From the NCBI RefSeq assembly GCF_016432865.1, contig NC_067401.1, forward strand, positions 131,688,001-131,752,000: 64,000 nt of DNA, written 5' to 3'. This DNA is from Antechinus flavipes. Its lineage: Eukaryota. Under the pieces are notes generated by a model. The model did no database searches. It worked only from the letters and a program-made list of their open reading frames with translations, and was not told the DNA's origin. Positions 24,076 to 37,000 of the stretch are shown here, piece after piece (the first letter of the stretch is position 1; each line of letters starts with the position of its first letter). Position numbers and translations under genes: made by a program.

Positions 24076-27000
24076 TGAGAACGTGGAAGAGGTAGCGGGG
24101 AATGGTGGGGGAGGGGCCTCGGAAAAGGAAGCCCCCCTCCCCCTTCCCACCACAGCCCTACTCTGTCCAGAGCCGGCCTATTCTAAAACCTCATTGCCCC
24201 ACCCTAGAACCCTCTGTAGCTCCCAGCAAAACCTGCTATAGAAATATCTTTCTCCCAGGCTTCCTCTGTGACCTGTAGAGCATTCCTTGCACCTCCTTTG
24301 CTCTATAATGCCTTCCCTCCGTGTCGCTTCTACCTTATAGATCCTTTCCTATAGCAGCTACATCTAGTCTCATGCGCCCCTTCCAGTAGCCCCATAACCC
24401 CTCCCCACAGCGCCCCTTCAATAGCCCCAGACCCCTCCCCGCAGCGCCCCTTCCAGCAGCCCCAGACCCCTCCCCACAGCGCCGCTTCGAACATCCCCAT
24501 GACTCCTCTTACTACAGCTCTGTTATATAATCTCCCATAATTCTCCTTTATGGCATCTGCCCCATAGCGCCTTTTCTAGACAGGACCTGTTTTAGCCCCA
24601 TCATCACGCCTTGTGGGGCCTCCAGCATCGCCTTTACCTCTTCCCCGGGCCTCCCCTATGTAACCTTCCATGACACCCCCTTCTGGTCGTGCCTGCACTT
24701 TTATTTTTAGCTTTCCTCCGAACATCGACTGCTAGACGCCCCCCTCACAGATCCCTTCCTTGGCCCCCAAACTGCCCTCTCTGGCATCTGCGCTATATAA
24801 TAGTAGTACTTGCATGTTTCTGCCCTAATACTTTTTTCTCCACGTTCCCTCTGTCTCCCTTCCCACGACAAAACAGATTCTTGTTTTATAAGCTTTCGAA
24901 AAAAGGTCATAATGATCCCTACCCCTAATTCGTCAAGGCCTCCCCTTGTCCTCCCCTATTTCATTGCCATATTTTTGCTCCCAGTTCCCATGATTTTTTT
25001 TCTGGTAAGAGAACCCTGTTAACAGGAGCTCAGAGCTTCATAGCTGAGAAAACTGAAGGAACCAGATGACTTCTGAGGTCCCTTCTAGTTCTTGCTCAGT
25101 GGTTCTAAGTGCTGCTGATGGGTCTGGGTCTGGGTGGGATGGGGTTTATATATGGAACAGGTAAAGGAGCAAGTGAAAGACCTGATGAAGGCTACAGTTC
25201 TCATGCGGCACCCCCAGCAGGTTCAGGAGATCATTCGCTCCCTCAGGAAGGGAGGACCCAACAAATTACAGGTATGTCTATTATGTGTTCCCCCCTCTTT
25301 TCCCAGATTGGGGGGTAATAGGAAGAGAAAAAATTTTTTTTCTGTTGCTTTGTTTCGTCCTTATCTTTCTTTCTTAGGAAAACAGATATTCCTTGCATTG
25401 GTTAGGATTGGGGGGAGGAGGGGGAGGAGATGAGGATTATCTGAATTATGTGCCACACACCTTCCTTCCCTTCCTCCCCGCAAAAAAGAGAAAAAGAATG
25501 TTACTGAAGCACTTTTCCAGGAAAAAAAAAAGTTACTTCTTTCCTGTTACAGGCCCTGATACTCCTCACCTTGCAACCTTTTTATAACCAACTGACCACA
25601 TGGGATGGCTTGGGCTTCATTCAGTACTATAACCTATCACCTTCCTTCCAAGAGGAGAAAAACAAACTTTGCCTTGAGAACACTGAGACTGTGACTTGCC
25701 TTTTGAGAGAAAACAGCAAAAACAAAAGTGGTAGTTTGCAATCCTGAAAATTTGCCTCAGTAGTGAGATTGTCCCAAAATATACATGAAATTTAAACCTC
25801 AGAATTCCTTAATTGAGAGACTCTTTCCATTGGATTGGCATTGAAACTTCTAGCAACAAGGTTCTGTGTTTCAGGGAAACCAAACCAGTTGCTACCATTA
25901 TGTGACCATTAGAAGATAGGGGCTATATGTTCTTTCTCTGTTTCCCAGTATCAGGCTCTGTATGGAAGTTACACTTCTTAAGTATTGTTTTGACTTTTAA
26001 CAGACTCTTAAATTTTAATGACATAGTGTGACGTCAAGACAGACTGAATTAAATGTTTATATTTCTTTCCTCCACATTCTAGGTCATTTCTGATTTTGAC
26101 ATGACCCTGACTAGATTTGGATTTAATGGAAAGCGTTGCCCTACATCTTACAGTAAGTCATGTATTGACCTGCATTGACCTTGTTGATGATTCCTGTTGG
26201 AGTAGGTAAACAGAGTTTTGTGTTTTTTTTTTTTTTTCAGATATCCTGGATAACAGCAAACTCATCAGTGAGGATTGTCAGAAAAAGGTGGGTTATCCTT
26301 AGCTCTATCCAGAACAGAATTGATATGCTAATTCAAATGCCTATGGACCAAAATAGGACCTGGGGGGATAGGGAATAGATCAGTGGTTCAAGTATAAGGA
26401 ACTCCCAGGTGAGGAAATTTCCTCCACCAATGCAGGGTGGTACTGTCTTGGCAACATATTATATAGTCTTTAGAGTTGAGTGGTTCTCAAGCTATTTTGA
26501 TCTTTAAACATTCTTTAAAATCATTGAGATTCCCCAAAGAGCTGTTATTTACATAGGTTGTAGGATGTATTTGCTGTGGTAGAAATAAAAAATCTTAATT
26601 TTATTATGAAAATAGCTTTGACCTTGTGATCACCTGAAAAGGTCCCCCAAGGGTCTTCAGACTGTACTTTGAGAGCCATTGTTGTTGAGTTTAGGTCACA
26701 CAGCCTGTCTACTGAAACCCAGATCTTCCTGTTTCTAAAAACTACTTTTTGTCCAGTGTGTCAAGCTGCCAATTAATGTGTCACATTTCTTTTCATTGCT
26801 CAGATAAACCTAAACTTAATATCTATTTAATTGGAATGTTCTTTTTGGTACTATTTTCATTTATTTCCCACACATTTATTAAAGCTATATATGATGGGCA
26901 AAAGCACTAAATTAATGAAAATTTAATTTCTGTAGTGCTTTAAGATTTTTTTCTCTTTCCTGGGAGAGGAATGCAAAAGTATTATTTCCATTTCACAGAT

Positions 27001-28007
27001 AAGGAAACTGAGGCACTGTTTAGTTATGTGAGTTTGCTGAAGGTCATCACTCAGTAAGTGAGGAAACTGAAGTCTTCTGAATGCAAAGACAATGTTCTTT
27101 GCAAATCTACCCAGCTGTTTCGCTAATACATTTTTGTGGAAACAGGATAGTCTTCCGAAAATCCTGTGGTAGGTAGTATAAATTCCTAGTTGTAGAATAT
27201 GATCCTCCCATTGGCATCAATAACGGCTATCCCCAGTAGACAAGACTTGACCACATTCTTTAATACCTATACCTAATTCAATGTTTGTGCCAACTGTAGT
27301 TTTTTTAATTTCTAAGTAATTGCTTCTGATGAATAAAATGATTCTTTTGATAAGCTTAGATGAATTAAATGGAAGAATTTTAGTCTGTTGGTCTTTTACA
27401 TAAGTTACTATACATGATATTTGTGATCATTATTATTGCTTTTTTGCATCTTCATACAGTTCTATTTACAGACCCAGGCTCCTGGTAGGTGGTGATATTT
27501 TGTAGTGGTAACTGGAAAAGTTGGGTTTCTAAATTAGACTTCACCATTAGGTAAAAGAAAGAACCAATTCCCATTATTGTATAGTGAAAAGAATCCTGGG
27601 CTTGAAGTCCAGAGACTTGTGTTTGAATTGAGGCTGTGATACGAACTAATAACTAGCCAACTCTAGGCAAGGCACTTCTGAGACTCCCTTGCCTTCAGGA
27701 GGGATGGGCATACTAGTACCATTCAGCATGTGGGCTTGTTGTGAGCAAAGCATTTTATAAGCTTTGGAGCATTATACAAATTATTTTCAAATTAAGTCAG
27801 TTTTTGTGTATCTGCAAAAGGGAGATATCCTTGATTTTTCAGTCTTGTTTCCAATGATTATCTCACCCTTCAACTTTGAGAATGTAGGTACAAATAAGAA
27901 AGTAGTTTTGGAATTTTCAGAAGACATGAAAGGTGTTTTCTTTGGTAACATATACTAAAACTGGAATTAGATACAGCATGGCTGATGTGCAAAGATGACA
28001 TGCAAAT

Positions 28008-28056
<49 letters not shown>

Positions 28057-31000
28057 AAAATAAAATTTTGGGGGAAAAGAAAATGTTAGGAAAAATGAAG
28101 ATATTGCTGCTTGGCCTTCTTTAAATGTTAAATGGGACCCTAAAAAGTTAGGTGTAAAACACATAAATAACAATGCTCATACATTTCCTGTTTTCATTTT
28201 AGAGAAGTTTTTTTTTTCTTTCCTGGTGCCCCCACTCCCCAAAATACTACAGAGGATATTAAGCTGTTCTCAGAGTCAGAAAAACCTGTCTCTGACACAA
28301 ATTATTTGCTATCTGTGTTCTATAGGCACTATTTGGCATTCAAACAGACTGCAGAGCAGGTACTGATCACTACACCTTCAGGTCCTGGGAATTTCTTTTT
28401 GGGATTTTCCTATACTATTAAAATCACAGATCTTTCTCCCACTAGTTTTCTCCCTTAAAAAATTTTGGCCCCATAATATAATTCTCACAGTTATTTCAAG
28501 GAACATTCTTCTTTGTTAGTGTGTAATGTTTGGCATTTGGTTCTCCTAAATGGATGAATCCATATATTCTGGCATGGTCATTTGAAGTAACATAGATAAT
28601 AGAATTCATTACTTTTAAAAAATTTTTTATGTTCCTCTTAGATAACTAGAATTATTTATCTAAGCAACTGAATTAGGAAGGCAGGATAATCCTGGGTATT
28701 TAGAAGATAATCCCTAGTTAGAACAAATAGAAATCCTTTCCATTTAATCCAGCTAACATGAATAGTCCATGTAGAATTGATTGTAAACAATTGTTGATTA
28801 CTTGCTAAAGGGATTGTAACAATCTACTGAAACCTTATAACCATTTGTGCTGTTGACCAACACATTTTTAGCTCACGCCACCTTTGTGAAGAGATCCAAG
28901 AATTGATCAAATATGCATATTGAGATTTTATCAAATTTGTAAATAAGAATCAGCACTAAGGAATTAAATATGACAGGCTTATCTGTAATGGAGGAAAAAT
29001 CTAACTGGGAATGAGGAGAAACTTTGAAAGTGTTAGTGAGGTATAACCAAATGAAACCTTTAAAAAGAATTTAGTAGAAAAATTTCCAAATTAACCTTTG
29101 TTCTTAATAATAACCTCTTATGTTAATTTGTAGGCCTTTTTATTTTGGTTTAAAATTGTTTGAACATTTTACTCCCTGACTCAAAAAGCTTCTTGAAATC
29201 TCTAATTGTCTCTAGACTCAGATTTCTTTTTGACACTGAAAGTCTTTGTTGTCTGCTTCTAATCTTCCTAACAGATTGCACATTACTCTTCCTCAGACAA
29301 ACTTACCTGCTGTTCTCCACACTCCTGATTCCATCTTTTTTTTTTTTAAGCTTTTTATTTTCAAAAAATGCATAGATAATTTTCAGCATTCATCCTTGCA
29401 AAACCTTGTGTTCCAATTTTTTTTCTCTTTTCCACTCTCTCCCCTAGATGGCAAGCAATCCAATATATGTTAAACCTATACAGTTATTCTTTACATATTT
29501 CCACAAATACATGCTGCACAAGAAAAATCAGATCAAAAAAGGAAAATGACAAGAAGAATGAAATTACTGTGTTGTGATCCACATTCAGTTCTCACAGTAC
29601 TCTCTGTGGGTGCAATTGGCTCTCTTCATCACAAGATCATTGGAACTGGCCTGATTTGATTCAGTTTTTCATTTCCATGTCTTTGCACAGTCTGTGCTGT
29701 ATGTATATCATCTGGAGTGCTCTTTCTTCAAACCTTTACCTCTTGGAATCTGTAGATACCAGCTACACGAATCTTTTCTTGTTCCCATGAGTTGTCAGTT
29801 TTCTCCCCTCTTAATTTAAAAAAAAAAAATGACTGTGCAAATATTTTACATTTATTTATCAGTATACATGTTTTCTCTTAGTAGAATGGTAAACTCCTTG
29901 AGACAGGGATTTTGTTTTTGTCTTTGCATTCCTCAGTAGTTTGAGTAGTATATGACATATGGTAGGCTATTATTAAATACTTATTAGATTGCTGAATTTA
30001 ATTGCATTCTAATTATTTTTCTCCTATCTTTGATATCTCAGTTAAAGGATCTCCTTCACTACTATTACCCAATTGAGATTGACCCGAACAGGACGGTCAA
30101 AGAGAAGCTCCCTCTTATGGTAGAATGGTAAGTAGTTGGAAATGATGAAGGATGCTTTTAAGGAAATAAGAAAAAGTATCTAAAGATGCTATATTCCTAG
30201 GCCTGGTAAGATAGGAACTTAACTGGATTTTGGGGATTCCAGCTGGAGTGGCTGTAGAGGGTTAATATAGTCATTAGCACTGTCTTTCCTAAAACTGATT
30301 ATTCCTAGATTGGTAACATTTAGCAAATTTTAAGTGAGGGCAATAGCCCTATGAAATTTGGTAGAATCTCTGAACAGCAGAGACATCTTAATATTATTTT
30401 TGAAATTCTACTAATGTACAGTGGGAATTTTGTTTCTCAAGGGGCTTTAAGCTATGGAGATAAGGGTCTCAAAAGAAATTTCAAAGTTTTGGTAATGAAA
30501 AAGAATGGAGGAAGGAAGAAATTTGACTGTAGGAGTTAAATTACCCACGTGATAAAGATTTTAGGGAAGATTATCCTCATGTACTATCTATGTGGTATCT
30601 TATATATCTATATTCCTGCTAGTAGCTCATTTTTCTTAATCATTCTCATTCTAAGATAAGTCAGGGCATATATTTCATTTGATTTTTGGCAACAGATAAG
30701 CATAGTTGAGCAAAACACATCTACAAATTTGCTGTGTCCCAAAATGTATTTTTCTTTATGTACCTTGAATGCACTATCCCTCTGTCAAGAGGTAGGCAGC
30801 ATACTTCAACATTGGTCCTCTGGAATTGTGGTTAGTTACTGCATGGATCAGAGTTCTTAAGCCTTTCAAACTTACCTCCCTGATCTGCTCACTTTATACA
30901 CTTCAGTTTTTTACTAGTCTTCCCAGATTTATCAAATGAAATTGTTTGTCATTTCTTGTGACATAATCCATTCCATTAATATAACATAATTTGTTCAGCC

Positions 31001-34000
31001 ATCCCTCTATTATTGGGCCCCTCCTTTGTTTCCAGTTCTTTGTTACAATAAAACGAGTTATTATAAATTCTTTTATGTGTAGGTAACCTTTTCCTTTTCC
31101 TTTGATATCTTTGGGGAAAAGAGAAAGGTATATTTTGATGTTTCAACAGCAGTTATCGAAATCTCAATATCTCTTTATAATTCGTTAGTTCTGAGCTCAT
31201 CTCTTTTCCCATAAACATTTGCTTATTTCTTTTCTCTATAGTTAACCCTGTAATCTCCTAGACTTAACTAAACATAAATGTTACTGGTTACACTTTTTAG
31301 TAATAGCATGGGAATAAAAGAGCTATAAGTAATTATAGTATATCATATATGAGTTGGTCATAGCTTAAGTCATCTTTTCACCAGCTTTACAATTTTCAGT
31401 TTTTCAATTCTAGGAACAAAGCCCTACCATTCAGTTCTCTCAGAATACCAATTAGAGACTTTTCACACACACAAAGACACACACACACACCTCTTCGTTT
31501 TTTCACAGGATAGGGATTAAATTCAGGTCTTTTAGGAAATAATTTCTCTTAGTCCTTTTTCATTGTCCTTTTCGTGGCCATTCCAGTTAAAGGTGTCTCC
31601 AGAGAAACAATGAGATCTTGGCTCCTCATAGCCTTCTCATAGTTAAACTGTAACTCTCTAAAATTCCATTGCCTTTTAAAGGTACAGCAAAGTACCATCA
31701 GTTCTGTAGAAGAAGCTATTCAGGTTGGTATTATGTTTCTCCCCTGGGCCAGAAAATTTCAGTCCCTATAAATTATTTGGGGGACCTCAAATCCACATTT
31801 ATATTATATACAGCATACATTTGATGAAAAGCACCCCTTGACAAATTGCTTTTAATTGGAGGAGGGGGAAACGATACAATACTAGCAATGGTAATGGGAT
31901 ATACCGATATACATGTGATATACATACCCAACCCTGCACATACACACAGAATGTCATAAGCATTTGTTTTGTTTCTCTTAAGTGAGCCTATCTGTAGGCA
32001 TGGTTCTTGTTCTTTTGTGACCTTTCTCCATCCGTACTTGGGAGTATAGCTGTCAGTTTTTCTAAGGTCTGTGGTGGTTCCTTTACTCTGCTGCTGAGGT
32101 CCTCTCTTCTTTCTGGGTTTATCACTTTTTTGTCATATAAACTAAAGTCTTCCTTGGGCCTTGACCATTATTGCTTTCCTTTATGTGGGTTTTGCTTTAA
32201 TCTAAGTAATACCTTCTTTAGAATCTTCTGATTACTGAGAAAGTAAGCTGGGCTTTAGTATTTGTTGGACTGTTGTTACAACATGGTAGTTTCTTTTTTG
32301 GCAGGTTGGGGTTTTTTGAGGCAACTGAAGTAAAATGACTCTGAAGTTGGATTTGAACTCGGATCTTCTCCCCGACTTCAGGGCCAATGCTATAATTTTG
32401 TTTTTTAATCAGGCTAAAGGCTTGTTTCAGTATTTTTATATCTAAAAAATGAGTATCTTAAAATATAGTATCTTCCCCCTTATATTTTTAAAGGTATGCC
32501 TTCATGTTACCTTACTGTCCAGCTTCATCTTTAGTTGAGATATATCCCATATTTAAAGTTTTCTCTTTGGTCACCAGGTCTTCCCAGTACTTTATGAACA
32601 CCAAAAGTTTGTTAACAAAATTCTTTTATTTTGTTTTAATTCTTGATAATAAACTCTGGCCTTCTATTATCATTCATTTTTCTTCCCTTCTGTATTTGTT
32701 CTTTGGGCATCGGCCTCCTCAGGACCATTTATTCCACATTTTTAGAAAATAATTTTGCTTCTATGAGGTAGCACAGTGTAATGGATTGAGAGCTGTTCCC
32801 AAAATGGGGAATACTTAGGTACATGTCCCCTCTCTTGTCTCCTACGCATCCTGGCTTTTTTGACCTTAGACAAGTCATTTAATTTCTCAATGCTTGAGAT
32901 CAGAAGTGTCAAACATGAGGATGGCCAGCATGTGGCCAGCAATACTCCCAAATGCTCTTGAACCAGATGAAAAGATAATTGGAAAGTATTTTAACAAAAC
33001 AAAAACAAATATTGTAGTGAAATAAAAATAAAATAAATAAATAAAGCATAGATAACATTACATTTTTAAACTAAGTAAATTTGCAGCTTCCAATCTCCCA
33101 TATATATTATATACTGGCTCCTGTTTCTATTTAAAATTCTAAACCATTTCCCATGACTAGAAGTTTCAGAGAAGTTGCATTGCTAGAGACAGTTGTCTCA
33201 TCCTAGGAATTTCCTTTATCAGTGAAATCACAGGTCCATTTCCTCTGATTGAATATTTTTCATTTGATTGGCTTCAACTTTATTCCTTAAATTACGAATT
33301 TAGCAAATGCCCAACAAGATGAGTATTTTCATATATAAAGAAAAACAGAAATACACAGCTACAATTCTGTGTCATTCATAGCTTGCATCTTCCTCCAAAT
33401 CTGAAAGAGATTCAATATGTAATCTTTTTTATGTTTTAAATTTTATTTTATTTCTTATATTTTTATTTCTCCCAATTACATTTAAAACAATTTTTTTACA
33501 TTTGTTTTTAAAACTTTGAGTTTCAGATTGGCTCCTTTATCCCCATCCTCATTAAGAAAGCACATGTGAAGTTATGTAAAACATTTCCATAAAAGTCATG
33601 TTGTGAAAGAAAACAGATCCCCCCTCCAAAAAAAAAAAAACCAAAAAACCCAAAACCCTCAAGAAAAATAAAGTGGGGGAAAAAAGTATGCTTCAGTTTG
33701 TAGTCAGACATGATCAATTCTTTTTCTGGATATGGATAGAATTTTTCATCACAAATCCTTCACAGTAGTTGTGGATCATTGTTTTATTGAGAATTGCAAA
33801 GTCATTCATAGCTGATCATACCAGAACATAATAACAGTATTTTATTTTTCCAAATACATGCAAAGATAGTTTTCAACATTCACCTTTGCAAAACCTTGTG
33901 TTCGAAATTTTTCTCCCTCTCCCCTTTTCCTTCTCCAAGATACAATAGAGGTTAAATGTATAATTCTTCTAAACATATTTCCATGTGCACATGAAAAATC

Positions 34001-37000
34001 AGATCAAAAAGGGAAAAAGATGAGAAAGGAAAAAAAAAAAAAGCAAGCAAACAACAACAAAAAAGATGAAAACACTATACTTTGATCCACATTCAGTCTC
34101 CATGGTTCTCTCTCTGGATGTAGATGGCACTTTCCATCACAAGTCTATTGTAATTGCCTCAGATCACTGTATTGCTGAAATCTATTATAGTTGATCATCA
34201 TACAACCTTGCTATGTGTAATGTTCTCCTGGTTCTGCTCACTTCACTCAGCCTCAGTTCATGCAAGTCTTTCCATGCTTTCTGAAATCAACCTGCTCATC
34301 ATTTCTTACAGAACGTTCCATTACTTACATAAGCTATAACCTATGAGCATCCACTCAACTTTTAGTTCCTTTACCACTTGCTTCTGTGCTCCTACAAACA
34401 TTAAATTTTATTTTTTAAAAATTATTAAGCATTTATTTTTCCCTTCATTTTATTTCACTGAGAATGAAAGAAGAAACATTTTTGTAACATTCATAGTCAA
34501 GCAAAACAGAATTGTCTATTATCAACAATATGTGTCTCATTCTTCATCATTATTCTTCTGGAATCATGTCAACATGTTATTTTCTTTTTATTTTTTTTTT
34601 AATTGTAGCTTTTTATTTACATGTTATATGCATGGGTAATTTTACAGCATTGACTGTTGCCAAACCTTTTGTTCCAATTCTTCCTCTTCTTCCCCCCCAT
34701 TCCCTGCTCCCCCCACCGTGGCAGGTTGACCAATACACATGATGTTATTTTCAAAATTGTTTTTTGTTTGTCCTCTTGGCATTCCTTATTTTCATTTAAG
34801 AAATGCTTCAGATACCCTCTTTTTTCTTACTCTTTAAAAAAAATTTTTTTTTGATTCCTTGTTATATCCTCTCTCTTTACCCAAACTGAAATTTAAAAAA
34901 ACAAAGCTATTGTATTAGATAAGATAAGATAAGAAAACAAACCCTGACATTGACAAGATTTGAATGTTTTTCTTCTGCACCTTGAATTCACCAATTCTCA
35001 TCATGAGGTGGGTAATTACTGACCCTCTTGTTATTCGCCATTGCATTAATCTTCATTTTCCAGAATTGATTCTTGGAATTCAGCTTCTTACGCTAAAGTT
35101 CTTTATTCTTCTTCTGAATATGTTTATCAGTTATGTATTTGTGTCACAGCTATAGAAAATAGTTCCATTTCTTCATTTTATAATGTGCTAATGGTGATTT
35201 TGCAGTCTTCTTTAAGATCCAGTTACATTTTCCTTCAGGTTTTCAGTAAACTTTGGGATCAGTGTGATTCTTTGAGCTTCCTTTAAGTCTGTGCTAAAAC
35301 CTCACCTTTAGTAAACCAGTAATGCTAAAGTATACATCATAAATTGTAAAAAGCAAATGAAATGCTATTTGTAATGAATATATAGCAAATAAAGTAGATA
35401 AATGAAAGTCATTAGTTATTAGTGACACTGCCAGGACTTTGTCTTTATGATTTTAAAATTCGATTTATTTTAAATTCTAAATTCATTATAGCTTATAATG
35501 AGAAAGAACATATATGAGAAAGAAAAGAGTATTTTAAAATTCCAGAATAAAAGTCTCTATAGTAGAAGTTATAGGGTCTCTTCCATTTTTATACATAGCC
35601 TGGCGTAGTATAATTACCTCTTGATCTTCTGTAAGTTTTTCCTTATTCTTTTTCAATTTAGCTTCTATGTAACTAGTCATGTATTGATATTTCTACATTA
35701 CCAAAATTAATCTAGTTTTAGTTAAGTAGCGTTTACTTAATAAGAAACATTTTTTCTTGTGTTTGCGCATTTTTTTCTCTATATCAAACTCCTTAATCTT
35801 CTAGCCTTAAATAAACATCTGGTTTACTGGCTTTATTAGCAATGTAACCTTTTTTAAAAATTTTTTTATTTACAAAACATATGCATGGATAATTTTTCCA
35901 ATATTGAATCTTACAAACCTTTTGTTCTAAATTTTCCCCTCCTTCCTCCCATTCCCTCCCCTAGCTGGCAGGTAATCCAATACATGTTAAATATATTGAT
36001 GTACATGTTAAATCCAATATATGTATACATATTTATACAGTTACCTTGCTGCACAAGAAAAATCAGATCAAGAATGAAGAAAAAGAAAAACTGAGAAAGA
36101 AAACAAAATGCAAGCAAATAACACAAAGAGTGAGAATGCTATGTTATGAACTACATTTAGTTCCCATAGTCCTCTCTCTGGGTGTAGATGACTCTCTTCA
36201 TCACTGAACACATGGAACTGATTTGAATCATCTCAAAGTTGAAGATAACCATGTCCATTAGAATTGATCATTGTATAGTCTTGTTGTTGCTATTTGTAAT
36301 GATTTCCTGGTTTTGCTCATTTCACTTAGCCTCAGTTCATATAAGTCTCTCCAGGTCTCTCTGAAATCATCCTGCTGGTCCTTTCTTACAGAGCAGTAAT
36401 ATTCCATAACATTCATGTACCACAATTTATTTAGCCATTCTCCAATTGATGGGCATCCACTCAGTTTCCAGTTTCTTGCCACTACAAAAAGGGCTGCCAC
36501 AATCATTTTTGCATGTGTGGGACTCTTTCCCTCTTTTAATATCTCTTTGGGATATAAATTCAATAGAAACACTTATTAGCAATGTAACTTAACAAAACAA
36601 AGAATAGTTATTTACATCATGTGAACTATAAGACCAATCATGGCTAAAGTCCTCTTTAACAATACAATAATTGCTAACTTCTCAATTCTGGAATTGTAGT
36701 CCTACCTTTCAGTTTTCTCAGGATGCTAATTTAAGTCTTTATCAAGAAATCTTTGTTTTTCTTTATAAAAAAAGGGTTAAACTTAGTCCTCTTAGTAAGT
36801 TCTTGTACTTTTCTCTTTATGCTTGCTTTTGCTATCATAGTCTTGGTAGTGTGGCAGTTAAACTTAATCGTTTTATAGACTACTGCTAGAATTGTATTTA
36901 AATTAAAATTGCCCAAAATTCCACTATCTCTTGAAGATACAGTAGCAGCACATACATTTTCTGAGGGAGACAATATTGAAGTTGGTTTTAAATCTCATTT

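Noticed and set aside
3977-36572. ORFs 3977-4216, 5264-5512 and 36258-36572 sharing [13 protein letters not shown]
   Set aside because: Remnants of the L1 ORF2 C-terminus in truncated copies, not a host gene family.
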